From a virus (taxonomy: Duplodnaviria; Caudoviricetes): DNA of 49,460 nt. The notes beneath the pieces were generated by a model that was not told where the DNA came from, did no database searches, and saw only the letters and a list, made by a program, of their open reading frames with translations. Shown piece after piece: positions 36,167-44,744 of this stretch. Position numbers and translations under genes: made by a program. Numbering within the stretch: the stretch's first letter is position 1; the number at the start of each line of letters is the position of its first letter. The DNA lies in IMG/VR virus record IMGVR_UViG_3300028840_002749, positions 1 through 49,460 of that record; one strand, given 5' to 3'.

Positions 36167-36772
36167 ATGAAAATCAGGATCAATAAGATCGTTAGAAACA
36201 GTTTGGTAGATGGGCCTGGAGAGCGATTAGCTATCTTTTTACAGGGCTGCGCTCTGGCCTGTAAGGGTTGCCAGAATCGGGCGCTTTGGGATTCCAAAGG
36301 CGGTTACGAGACTACGGTAGAGGATCTTGTACAAGTGGTAGAGAATCTGGGGTCAGATCAAGTAACGATAACCGGCGGGGAGCCTCTACTACAGGCTGAG
36401 GCTGCTATAACTTTGGGCCTGCAGCTGAAAAACGCCGGCAAGCATGTTATCTTATACACTGGCTACGAGATAGAGAGTCTGCCAGTATTCGGCTATCATT
36501 GGATCTTACCAAGGGCCTTTGATGTTATCGTAGATGGGCCATTTATAAAAGAGCTAGATCATGACAAGCTAACCTATAGGGGATCTGCTAACCAAAGGCC
36601 TGTAGATGTAAAGGCTACTTGGGAGACCGGCCATGTAGTAACCCTAGAATGGGATAATGAGCTAGTTATAGCGCCTAATGGAGATCTGGTAATGCCTTTG
36701 GGCTTTGCAGACGAGCTGGATTTAGGGCAGGCTGAAAATTCCCGTATGTGCGGGCAAACCAGGGGGTACTAA
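36167..36772 (+). CDS. NrdG-like radical SAM activase (no NrdD partner recognised)
   Basis: SLVDGPGERLAIFLQGCALACKGCQN, TITGGEP, YTGY, DVIVDGPF and RGSANQR; start reassigned to the ATG after GGAGG. Confidence 0.85.
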   Translation: MKIRINKIVRNSLVDGPGERLAIFLQGCALACKGCQNRALWDSKGGYETTVEDLVQVVENLGSDQVTITGGEPLLQAEAAITLGLQLKNAGKHVILYTGYEIESLPVFGYHWILPRAFDVIVDGPFIKELDHDKLTYRGSANQRPVDVKATWETGHVVTLEWDNELVIAPNGDLVMPLGFADELDLGQAENSRMCGQTRGY

Positions 36773-36987
36773 TGGCAAAACGAAAAAGCTTTACACGTAT
36801 GAGGCGTAGCGCTACAGCATATCTGGTAAAACTAATGCAGCGTGAGGGCTGGAGTAGTAGCCTAAGCGCTGCAGATGCTTTTAGCCAGGGCGTAGAGAGA
36901 ATCGGGGATCAGTACCCAAAGATGCTGAATAAAGACGTTAGAATATGTGTGCTAAGGGCTATGCAGAAAACATACAAAAATAATTGA
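36748..36987 (+). CDS. Small basic hypothetical protein (likely start 36772)
   Basis: TAATG coupling with the NrdG-like gene. Confidence 0.55.
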   Translation: MRANQGVLMAKRKSFTRMRRSATAYLVKLMQREGWSSSLSAADAFSQGVERIGDQYPKMLNKDVRICVLRAMQKTYKNN

Positions 36988-37005
36988 GCGCTGGAGCAAG
37001 CAAGC

Positions 37006-37194
37006 ATGAAAGTAATCATAACTACAAAAACTATAATAACTTGGTGCCAGATCTGTAATGAGTGTCTGTCAATTAGCTACAGGCCAGGCGGTAACGTTAC
37101 TCTGTTTTTGCTAAGCGCAAAAGAAAAAGGTTGGACGGTGTACAAAATAAGCAATAGTAAAGAGTACGTTGTAAAATGCCCGGATTGCAAATAA
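37006..37194 (+). CDS. Small zinc-ribbon protein
   Basis: CQIC...GW...CPDC. Confidence 0.65.
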   Translation: MKVIITTKTIITWCQICNECLSISYRPGGNVTLFLLSAKEKGWTVYKISNSKEYVVKCPDCK

Positions 37195-37281
37195 TCCCCC
37201 TCCCCCTCCAAGGTATTACGCCTGGAGGGGGAAAATTGCGTTAAATTCGCAGGCAGGCTAAGGCATTATCTAGGTAAACTT

Positions 37282-37977
37282 ATGGCAAATGTGAGTAGTG
37301 TATACGTTCAAATAAAACAAAAAGGTAAAAGCGACTGGCTATATATGGCTGGCTATAATCACGAGATAACGGTAGTAAGAACGGCTACGGATACTGGCCT
37401 AGAGTACAGCGTAAAAAGCATGATTCCGCTACTTACTAATGGATGGTACGAGATAGAGCTAGTTAGCTATCTGGATAATAGCGATATAGAAGTATTCAAT
37501 AATCGGCTTGCTATTATGGATGATGCTTTTTTCTTTAGATGGTTTAATGAGTCTGGCTTTTGGTACGTGACCGAGGCAACCAAACAGAACTACGAGATCT
37601 ACTCCCCTCCGTTTCATGACGGCATAACACAGGTAAAGTATTTTCTAACAACAAAAGCTATAGAGCATTACGATAGCCCAAAAGGATCTAACACAAAGAT
37701 AAGCCTAATAAACGGAGATAAAGAGATAGATATAACAGAGTATGTAGGTGGCTGGGATCTGGCAGGCGTAGACACGGAGGCCTTAGACGATTCCTTAGAT
37801 GATGCTAGGAGCAAGCTTGAGCTAATGAGAAAACGCAAAGAGCGCAAAAAACTAAGAAAAAAGCTTGAAAAGCTAGAGTCAGACCTGGCAAAGATGGAAA
37901 AGGACGAGCCGGTAAAGAATATTAGCCGGGCAAGCCTAATAGAGATAGACAAAACAGAGAGCAACAATGAAAAATAG
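37282..37977 (+). CDS. Hypothetical protein with C-terminal coiled coil
   Basis: 231-aa ORF. Confidence 0.6.
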   Translation: MANVSSVYVQIKQKGKSDWLYMAGYNHEITVVRTATDTGLEYSVKSMIPLLTNGWYEIELVSYLDNSDIEVFNNRLAIMDDAFFFRWFNESGFWYVTEATKQNYEIYSPPFHDGITQVKYFLTTKAIEHYDSPKGSNTKISLINGDKEIDITEYVGGWDLAGVDTEALDDSLDDARSKLELMRKRKERKKLRKKLEKLESDLAKMEKDEPVKNISRASLIEIDKTESNNEK

Positions 37978-38695
37978 ATCAGAGTATAGGATTTACCCAT
38001 TTGATACGCCAGGGGAGCTGGCTACCGGGATCCTGGCCGGGCTATCGTTTATCGGGGCGCTAGGCCTGGTTGGTTTGTACGGGGAGTCTTTTTGGAGCCA
38101 GGCTCTTTTAGCTTTATCGGTAATTATATTTCTACTTTACGTGATTCCAAGGCTCATAGCCTGGCTGCTAGCGTTACTTGATGCTGGTATGCAGGCGCAA
38201 GCTGAGTACAGGGCTACTACTTCCAAGCTGCTAGAGATTGAGGCTAGTATACAGCTGGAAAGAGAGCGCCGGCAGAGTATACAGGCGCTCAGATCTTTGC
38301 AGGCGCCACAGCTTGAGTACGCCCTAAAGCTAATGGACTTTAGCGACATTATCAATATTTCGGGTACTACCGTAAACTGGGTAGTAGACGGCCAGAGTAT
38401 ACCTGTAGACTTTGCTATAGATTGGATGGAAGCCTACAAGGGCAGGCCAGGTAACCAGCTGCCAGCTCAGAGCGACTTTAGCGGATCTGTAGACAGGGAC
38501 AATAAGCGTAGGTATGTAAAAGCGATTACTGCAGCGCTCATGAGAGCTGGGTACGTTAGGGACGCCGGCGGGCCTATACCCCCAAGATGGTTAGTACAAG
38601 ACGAGAAGGTAAGGGCCTCAGCTCTGGCCGGGATCGGTTTAGAGCTGGCCTATGATCTGGCCGTGTATGTGGCCGAAAAGAGAGGCGAATCGTGA
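37967..38695 (+). CDS. Membrane protein (2 TM, coiled coil, possible wHTH)
   Basis: N-terminal hydrophobic pair; C-terminal AITAALMRAGYV. Confidence 0.65.
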   Translation: MKNRSEYRIYPFDTPGELATGILAGLSFIGALGLVGLYGESFWSQALLALSVIIFLLYVIPRLIAWLLALLDAGMQAQAEYRATTSKLLEIEASIQLERERRQSIQALRSLQAPQLEYALKLMDFSDIINISGTTVNWVVDGQSIPVDFAIDWMEAYKGRPGNQLPAQSDFSGSVDRDNKRRYVKAITAALMRAGYVRDAGGPIPPRWLVQDEKVRASALAGIGLELAYDLAVYVAEKRGES

Positions 38696-38783
38696 AACCT
38701 AAAATATGCCATAGTGGGAGTAGAAAAACGAAAAAACTAGAAATCTTGATAAAAAAGAAAAAAGAAAGAAAGAGAGGTAGATA

Positions 38784-39074
38784 ATGCCAAAAGTAAAGTA
38801 CGAAAATCTAGACTTAATAGCCCAAAGGCTTGTAGACCGTTTACCTTTTAGGGTATTAGAAGCCAGGGCGCTAGCCTCTGACTGGCTTATTATCAAATAC
38901 AATCTAAGAGTAGCTACAGATCAAGTAAACCATCTAAAAAGGGAGCTTGCCTGTATAGAGTCTGTAGCTATGGAAGCTATAGGAGATCAAAGTAAATCAA
39001 ATGTAGCGGTAGGTGTAATAGCCACTTTGGCTAGGAATGCTATAAAAAACGAGCAAACGCAAGTGAGGCAATAG
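38784..39074 (+). CDS. Hypothetical protein
   Basis: GAGGT RBS. Confidence 0.6.
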   Translation: MPKVKYENLDLIAQRLVDRLPFRVLEARALASDWLIIKYNLRVATDQVNHLKRELACIESVAMEAIGDQSKSNVAVGVIATLARNAIKNEQTQVRQ

Positions 39075-39770
39075 ATGACAAAAAGGCGTAAAGGTAGAGA
39101 CTATAGCCAGATGCTAATATGGGCTGCAGCTCTTGTAACTGTAGCCAGGTACGCCGGCGCCTTTGTCGCTAGTGACGTTGGAGAGCTAAGCGGTGCCGTA
39201 TCGAGTCTAATTACAGGATCTATGGTAATTACTGGGTTAGGTATGGGTGTTTTAGATGTAATCGGGGGAGCTTATATCTTTGACGGTTGGCGCCGGGCTT
39301 TGCCAAGACGGGGCGCTAAGTGGTCTAGCAGGTTTAGGCTTTTGACTGTCTTTGTGTTTAGTTTGATCCTGGTAGGTATCGGGATCCTGATACCTTTTAC
39401 CGTATCAAGGGTAGCAGATCAAACCATGAGTCAGGTACTACCGGGCTGGAGTCTATGGCTTTGGGCTGCAGCTGTAAATGTGGCGCCTTACTTGTTGATC
39501 GGTGGGGTAGTCATGAGCCAGGCCGGCGTAGTGACCGTTAGAGTGGCCGAAGGTGACCGGCCAGAGACCGGACATAAACCGGTCAAGCCGGCCAGTAAGG
39601 GGCCAGTATACGAGAGCTGGCCGATGGTGCCAGCTGCAGACCGGCTAGCTATTCAGTCTATGACCGGCAGCCAGGTAAGTAAAAAGTACAGCGTACCGGC
39701 CAGGACAGGCCGGCGCTGGGTAGAGTACGCGCAAAAAATGGAGGTAGGTAAAAATGGACAAGAAAACTAA
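39075..39770 (+). CDS. Multi-TM membrane protein with C-terminal HTH
   Basis: Four hydrophobic segments; MTGSQVSKKYSVPARTGRRWV HTH-like. Confidence 0.65.
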   Translation: MTKRRKGRDYSQMLIWAAALVTVARYAGAFVASDVGELSGAVSSLITGSMVITGLGMGVLDVIGGAYIFDGWRRALPRRGAKWSSRFRLLTVFVFSLILVGIGILIPFTVSRVADQTMSQVLPGWSLWLWAAAVNVAPYLLIGGVVMSQAGVVTVRVAEGDRPETGHKPVKPASKGPVYESWPMVPAADRLAIQSMTGSQVSKKYSVPARTGRRWVEYAQKMEVGKNGQEN

Positions 39771-40068
39771 TATAGCCGGCGTGAAACATGAGACCGTTTA
39801 CGGCGTAGCCTGGATAGACAAAAAGGATATGCCCAGAGATCTTGTAGAGCTGGGCAATATGATAGAGCAGCAATATAACGAGACAGGCGAGAAAACAGGC
39901 GTAGTAGCGCAGCCTTTATTTTATGATGACGGTATGCAGCTAAGGTACCGTACTATCTCATGGGATCAGTGGGTAGAAGTTGCCAAGGCCTTTATGGGCG
40001 AGGATCAGATAAAGAGGCTAAAGAAGCTAAACGAGGATAACGAGCAATGGACAACGGACAAGATTTAA
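39754..40068 (+). CDS. Hypothetical protein
   Basis: GGAGGT RBS. Confidence 0.65.
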   Translation: MDKKTNIAGVKHETVYGVAWIDKKDMPRDLVELGNMIEQQYNETGEKTGVVAQPLFYDDGMQLRYRTISWDQWVEVAKAFMGEDQIKRLKKLNEDNEQWTTDKI

Positions 40069-40268
40069 CACAGGCCAAGCGGGATCATCTTGCGGAGTAC
40101 CAGAAAAACGGAGGCTCATTTATTTTAGCTGCTAACGTTGACACAAACGATACCGGCGTAATATTCCCTGGAGGCGTTTATATTCCTATGTCTAAGCTTG
40201 GATATAACGACAATATAGGTTATTTTGACGCCAGGGTATACAGGAATCAAGAGAGTATATGGGATTAG
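40047..40268 (+). CDS. Hypothetical protein
   Basis: GAGGA RBS. Confidence 0.55.
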   Translation: MDNGQDLTQAKRDHLAEYQKNGGSFILAANVDTNDTGVIFPGGVYIPMSKLGYNDNIGYFDARVYRNQESIWD

Positions 40269-40302
40269 TTTGCTTAATAGGGGCCTGCTATCGTATTGTC
40301 TA
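40269..40302 (+). promoter_or_regulatory. Phage promoter motif copy 6
   Basis: TTTGCTTAAtaggggcctgctatcGTATTGTCTA. Confidence 0.8.
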
Positions 40303-40327
40303 ATCAAAATTATAGAGGAGGTAAGAT

Positions 40328-40846
40328 ATGTGGCTATTTACAAGACATGGATTTTATAGCGTAACGAGATCAACAAAAGAGCCTGATAAGCTGCAGGTGA
40401 GAGCTAGGACAAGGGGAGATCTTGAGAATCTGGCTGGGTTTTTGATTACAAGAGATCAACCTACCTGTATACTTTTAGGGCGTGATATGGAAATTATAGA
40501 GACGCCGGCAGCTGACTATAGGTATAGATGGATCGTAGAGCCTGGAGACTGGCTCATTATCAGCGTAGAGCTTATGGCAGATATTCAGTACCATAATTTC
40601 AAGGATCAGATAAAGGATCACGAGAGACATAATGACTATTTAGGGGTGTGGTCAATTATGAACGGAGTACAGCGTAGGCATGTATATGACGCCAGGCAGA
40701 CAAGCTATATAGACGGCTACGAGTACGAGCCAGAATCAGACCCTTGGGGAGGAGACGTAGAGGCAGATTCCTATTTTGACAACATTACGGATTTTGGAGA
40801 CCCACAAGACGACTGGGATCCTGCTAGCTTTTTCTGGAGAGATTAG
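40328..40846 (+). CDS. Conserved phage-type protein of unknown function
   Basis: MWLFTRHGFYSV...LQVRAR...DL...ADYRYR...YHNFK pattern; acidic tail; GAGGAGG RBS. Confidence 0.7.
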   Translation: MWLFTRHGFYSVTRSTKEPDKLQVRARTRGDLENLAGFLITRDQPTCILLGRDMEIIETPAADYRYRWIVEPGDWLIISVELMADIQYHNFKDQIKDHERHNDYLGVWSIMNGVQRRHVYDARQTSYIDGYEYEPESDPWGGDVEADSYFDNITDFGDPQDDWDPASFFWRD

Positions 40847-40854
40847 CTATAATA

Positions 40855-41013
40855 ATAATGATGCTTGAAACCAGCTAATGCTAGTTAGTTCGTTTCATTC
40901 CCTCCCTTATAAGTCTATCTGGCTTGAGCAGCCAGATAGACGGGATGGGGAAAACAAGCATTTTCTCATTATTCCCCCTCCTCAATACCCCCGGCGATAG
41001 GCCGGGGGTATTG
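40855..41013 (+). ncRNA. Candidate rod-like small RNA plus terminator-like hairpin
   Basis: 12-bp perfect stem GTCTATCTGGCT/AGCCAGATAGAC nested in TCCC/GGGA, TGCTTG/CAAGCA and ATAATGA/TCATTAT; hairpin CAATACCCCCGGC/GCCGGGGGTATTG follows. Confidence 0.45.
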
Positions 41014-41025
41014 CATTTAAGCCAA

Positions 41026-41059
41026 TTTGCTTAATGGGCGTGGTCTAATGTATTGTCTA
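41026..41059 (+). promoter_or_regulatory. Phage promoter motif copy 7
   Basis: TTTGCTTAAtgggcgtggtctaatGTATTGTCTA. Confidence 0.8.
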
Positions 41060-41091
41060 GGTAAGCACATAGACTACTAGGAGGTAGGAAT

Positions 41092-41259
41092 ATGAAAAAA
41101 ATAAGAATTTTCTTGACGTTAGCGTACATTTTTATAGGGCTATCAGCTATTTACTGGCTGGCAGCCACAAAGGCGCCAAGGATCGGCTTTATCCCCGGTA
41201 TCTTTGGTATCGTGGTATTCTTTTTAGGCATTAGCTTAGTATGGGAAAAGTGGAGGTAA
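41092..41259 (+). CDS. Small two-TM membrane protein (not in ORF track)
   Basis: AGGAGGT RBS; MKKIRIFLTLAYIFIGLSAIYWLAATKAPRIGFIPGIFGIVVFFLGISLVWEKWR. Confidence 0.75.
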   Translation: MKKIRIFLTLAYIFIGLSAIYWLAATKAPRIGFIPGIFGIVVFFLGISLVWEKWR

Positions 41260-41263
41260 TATA

Positions 41264-42475
41264 ATGAGCGAGATAAAATCAAAGGCAGCACAAGTAACCG
41301 GTATAGATGAAAGCAACATAATGAGCGTAGGCGCTCAGCTTGATATGCTACGCCGGCAAGGGATCTTGATAGATCTTACGGTAACTGGTACCAGCATGTT
41401 TACACGTACCGCAAATTTTGTAGAGCTTGGGGTACGAGACGAGGCAAAGTTAAAGCGTTATAGCCCTGGTACAAAGTACCTTATCCCAAAGGATCAAGTA
41501 AATAAGCTAAAGAGCGTAGAGGCCAGAATGAGGCAAGCGCTAGATCAGTATACGATGGATATTAGAGGATTTAAGCCTTACAAGTGGCTTAGCTATACGG
41601 CCTGGCCTAAGTGGGTAGAGCGTTGGGCTGAGTTGGCAGCGGAGTTTTACGCTGTGAAGGACGAGATCAAAGAGAAGTACGCTACTTACACGGATCTTTT
41701 GATTAGTGAGTTTGCAGCCGGCGCCGGCCAAACGTGGCAGAGCGCCTTAGACCAAGGTTATGATGCTATTATCTGGGGGCAAAAAGCATACACGGATCAG
41801 GATGCCTTTGTAGACGCCGTTGTAGATGTTTCTTTGAGCCGTTTACCTACCTTGGATGATATAGAGAATAACCTGAAAGCTGATTACTTGGTTGGCGTAG
41901 TTTACGGGGCGCAAGACTACGCAGCTGACAAGGCCAAGGCAGACGAGATAAACGCCGAGTCAAAAGCTCAGCAGCAAGAGACTTACCTAAAAAGCGCTGC
42001 AGTAGACGAGAAATTACGTCACGAGATGAAAATGAATCAGCTGAAAGAGGACGAGCGCCAAGCTAAGATAGACGCTATGTTTAAGGCAGAGATGGAACAC
42101 GCCAAACAGCAGCTACAAGAGCTTGGTAACCCATTGGCAGAGGTTGTAGCTCAGCTCAGAAACCAGATAGCAGAGGACGCCGAGTCGATGCTGAAAAGCG
42201 TAAAGCGTAATGGCTTTGTGCGTGGCAAGATTGCCCAAAAGGGCAGCGGGCTTTTAGAATTTTATGATCTTATGGCTACTCATAACGACCAGGATCTAAA
42301 AATCAAGCTGCAGACTCTAAAGAATCAGATAGGGCCTATTGGTAAACGAGACAAGGATACCCCTGAGCGGGACGTAGATGCTATCTCTGCTACCTTAGAG
42401 GAGATAGCTAGCCTGGCTACGGATAACCTAAAAGATCTTACAGAGGTTAGCCGGGCTGCTTTTCTGGAGATTTAG
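41264..42475 (+). CDS. DUF3150-like coiled-coil protein
   Basis: LIDLTV...GTKYLIPK...LKSVEARMRQAL...W...F...Y pattern; long helical C-terminus. Confidence 0.5.
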   Translation: MSEIKSKAAQVTGIDESNIMSVGAQLDMLRRQGILIDLTVTGTSMFTRTANFVELGVRDEAKLKRYSPGTKYLIPKDQVNKLKSVEARMRQALDQYTMDIRGFKPYKWLSYTAWPKWVERWAELAAEFYAVKDEIKEKYATYTDLLISEFAAGAGQTWQSALDQGYDAIIWGQKAYTDQDAFVDAVVDVSLSRLPTLDDIENNLKADYLVGVVYGAQDYAADKAKADEINAESKAQQQETYLKSAAVDEKLRHEMKMNQLKEDERQAKIDAMFKAEMEHAKQQLQELGNPLAEVVAQLRNQIAEDAESMLKSVKRNGFVRGKIAQKGSGLLEFYDLMATHNDQDLKIKLQTLKNQIGPIGKRDKDTPERDVDAISATLEEIASLATDNLKDLTEVSRAAFLEI

Positions 42476-42477
42476 TT

Positions 42478-42693
42478 ATGCCCAAAGTAATAGATGTTGT
42501 AAATGACGTAACAGGCCGGCGGGTAACCTACGTAGGGCTACCCCCGGCTGAGTGTATCCGCAATGCTTGGGAACAATACACAAAAAATAACTTTCAAACC
42601 TGGAATTACAAAGACCCGGATACCTACGGGATCTACGAGGATGATTACGCTTGGTATCTGGGGGATTGGAGGATAGATAAAAATGACAACTGA
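42478..42693 (+). CDS. Hypothetical protein
   Basis: GGAG RBS. Confidence 0.6.
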   Translation: MPKVIDVVNDVTGRRVTYVGLPPAECIRNAWEQYTKNNFQTWNYKDPDTYGIYEDDYAWYLGDWRIDKNDN

Positions 42694-42880
42694 TTTAAAT
42701 AAAAGGCACCAAGAGAGAGAAAAGGCAGATCAAGAGCTTACAGATCAGGGCTTATCTGGGTTTACGATTACTAGAGACGGTATTGAGTACGAGTTTGTTA
42801 GATCTATAATGATACCTATTATCCCTTGGTTGGGATCTGGTAGGGCTGAGTTTATAGAGGTCGAAAAAGACGAGTCGTAG
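42683..42880 (+). CDS. Small protein, paralogue of 5095..5313
   Basis: DQELTDQGLSGFTITRDGIEYEF; GGAGG RBS. Confidence 0.65.
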   Translation: MTTDLNKRHQEREKADQELTDQGLSGFTITRDGIEYEFVRSIMIPIIPWLGSGRAEFIEVEKDES

Positions 42881-42885
42881 ACGAG

Positions 42886-42918
42886 AGCCAGGGTTATTAG
42901 CCCTGGCTTTTTTCTTTT
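42886..42918 (+). terminator. Intrinsic terminator
   Basis: AGCCAGGGTTA-T-TAGCCCTGGCTTTTTT. Confidence 0.8.
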
Positions 42919-42924
42919 AACCAA

Positions 42925-42958
42925 TTTGCTTAATGGGCGTGGTCTATTGTATTGTCTA
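42925..42958 (+). promoter_or_regulatory. Phage promoter motif copy 8 (within an 80-bp promoter+RBS block repeated at 44668-44747)
   Basis: TTTGCTTAAtgggcgtggtctattGTATTGTCTA. Confidence 0.8.
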
Positions 42959-42997
42959 GGTAACGGTATAAAACTTAGACTACTAGGAGGTAGGATA

Positions 42998-44521
42998 ATG
43001 AATGAGCATTTAGATAAGCTTGACCGATACATTAGGGCGCAATTTCCCCTTATTGGAATTATGAGCCATGAGGAGAATCGGGTAATGGCTGCTATTAAGG
43101 CGCTGGCTACCAAGCGTAACCGCAAGGTAGCTACCTGGAGTTATACGCAAGGATTAGAGAATTTTGATCTAAGCGCTGATGATACCAGGATGCCAGATGA
43201 GGCTATGGCAGCTATTGCAAATTACCTTAAAGATGGGATCAGCGCCAAAGATAAGGCTACAATCTTTGTAATCAAAGATCTACACCACATGCTAGATGAT
43301 AGCTTGATAGTAAGGTATCTGCGTGACATTTCCAATACGGCCAGCCAACATGCGGTAGTTTTGTTATCGCCTAATCTGGAGGTACCAGCGGATTTAGAAA
43401 AAGCTATCTCAGTTATAGACTGGCCTTTACCATCTTATGACGAGCTAAACGCTATCTTGATTAAGGTTGAAACATCATTACCGGCTGATGTAGAAGTTAC
43501 GATAAATGGCAATCGTGAGGAGTTGGTAAGATCAATGCAAGGCCTTACAGCCTTTGAGGCTGAGAGCGTTTTACTGGCTAGCGTGGTATCGCTGGGTAAG
43601 CTCAGTGATGATATTATCCCTGAGATCGTAAGGGAAAAGGCAGCGGTTATAAAACAAGCGCCGGGCCTGGAGTACATTCCAGTACAAGACGATCTACGGG
43701 CCGGCGGTTTGCACAGGCTAGACGCTTATACGAGTATCAAGCTAAATACGTTTAGCGCCAAGGCAGCCAGGGCCGGGGTAGATCCTGCTAAGGGCGTAAT
43801 GTTGGTAGGTATCCCTGGTACGGGCAAGAGCCTTAGCGCCAAGGTAATAGCGGGCGGGCGTATGCCTTTACTCCGTTGGGATCTGGGCGCAATGAAGGGC
43901 GGGATAGTCGGCCAGAGTGAGGCCAATATTCGTAAAGCTACTAAGATTGCAGAGGCGGTAGCGCCGGCGGTAATCTGGATGGATGAAATAGAAAAAGCTC
44001 TACCCGGCCAGAGTGGAGAGCTTGACGGTGGGGTGCAAGTTGGAATGCTGGGATACTTGCTAACTTGGATGCAAGAAACCACAGCGCCACTGTACATAAT
44101 AGCTACGGCTAACGATGTAAGCAGCGTAAAGCCTGAGTTACTACGCCGTTTTGATGACGTCTTTTTTGTAGGCTTACCAGATCTTGAAGGGCGTAAAGAG
44201 ATCTTAGAGATACACTTAGCCAAGCGTAGTCAAGACGTAAGCGCTTTAGATCTTGAAAAGGTAGCTCAGCATACCTGGGGCTACACAGGGGCAGAGATCG
44301 AAAAGGTTGTAAAGGCAGCTATTGAGCGCTCTTTTTTCCAGGGCCATGATTTATCTACAGATCACTTAGTAAACGCAGCTGCAGAGATCATACCTATCTC
44401 TGTTACCAGCGAGAATCAAATTTCAGAGCTGCAAGCTTGGGCTAAAACAAGGGCCAGGGCTGCAGGGGCGAGTCTGGAAAGCAAGCCAGAGGTAGAAGGG
44501 GTAAGAACGGTAGAGATGTAA
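42998..44521 (+). CDS. Ycf46-like AAA+ ATPase
   Basis: IRAQFPLIGIMSHEENRV N-domain, FVIKDLH, Walker A GIPGTGKS, Walker B WMDEIEK, ATAND, ELLRRFD; start reassigned to the ATG after AGGAGG. Confidence 0.88.
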   Translation: MNEHLDKLDRYIRAQFPLIGIMSHEENRVMAAIKALATKRNRKVATWSYTQGLENFDLSADDTRMPDEAMAAIANYLKDGISAKDKATIFVIKDLHHMLDDSLIVRYLRDISNTASQHAVVLLSPNLEVPADLEKAISVIDWPLPSYDELNAILIKVETSLPADVEVTINGNREELVRSMQGLTAFEAESVLLASVVSLGKLSDDIIPEIVREKAAVIKQAPGLEYIPVQDDLRAGGLHRLDAYTSIKLNTFSAKAARAGVDPAKGVMLVGIPGTGKSLSAKVIAGGRMPLLRWDLGAMKGGIVGQSEANIRKATKIAEAVAPAVIWMDEIEKALPGQSGELDGGVQVGMLGYLLTWMQETTAPLYIIATANDVSSVKPELLRRFDDVFFVGLPDLEGRKEILEIHLAKRSQDVSALDLEKVAQHTWGYTGAEIEKVVKAAIERSFFQGHDLSTDHLVNAAAEIIPISVTSENQISELQAWAKTRARAAGASLESKPEVEGVRTVEM

Positions 44522-44527
44522 AGATAG

Positions 44528-44558
44528 GGCCAGGGCTAATAACCCTGGCCTTTTTTTT
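44528..44558 (+). terminator. Intrinsic terminator
   Basis: GGCCAGGGCTA-A-TAACCCTGGCC-TTTTTTTT. Confidence 0.8.
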
Positions 44559-44563
44559 GTCAA

Positions 44564-44654
44564 GTGTGGGTATGTGTGGGTATGTGTGGGTTAATACCTT
44601 CTTAATACCTTTTGGTATATTTTGGTATGTAAAAGGTATATTTTGGTATGTAAA
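44564..44654. repeat. Array of GGTAT/ATACC boxes with mostly 10-11 bp periodicity
   Basis: GTGTGGGTAT x~3, TTAATACCTT x2, GGTATATTTTGGTATGTAAA x2. Confidence 0.75.
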
Positions 44655-44671
44655 TGACGCTAACTAACCAA

Positions 44672-44705
44672 TTTGCTTAATGGGCGTGGTCTATTGTATT
44701 GTCTA
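44672..44705 (+). promoter_or_regulatory. Phage promoter motif copy 9
   Basis: TTTGCTTAAtgggcgtggtctattGTATTGTCTA. Confidence 0.8.
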
Positions 44706-44744
44706 GGTAACGGTATAAGCTTTAGACTACTAGGAGGTAGGATA

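Noticed and set aside
36167-36772. A complete anaerobic ribonucleotide reductase system
   Set aside because: No NrdD-like ORF recognised in the genome, so the gene symbol was withheld.
38699-38902. Minus-strand 67-aa hydrophobic ORF
   Set aside because: It derives from an A-rich intergenic tract and overlaps a better-supported plus-strand gene.
42926-42997. Shared N-terminal peptide MLNGRGLLYCLGNG of track ORFs 42926 and 44673 as a second leader system
   Set aside because: It is a translation of the repeated promoter block; the real starts follow AGGAGG at 42998 and 44745.
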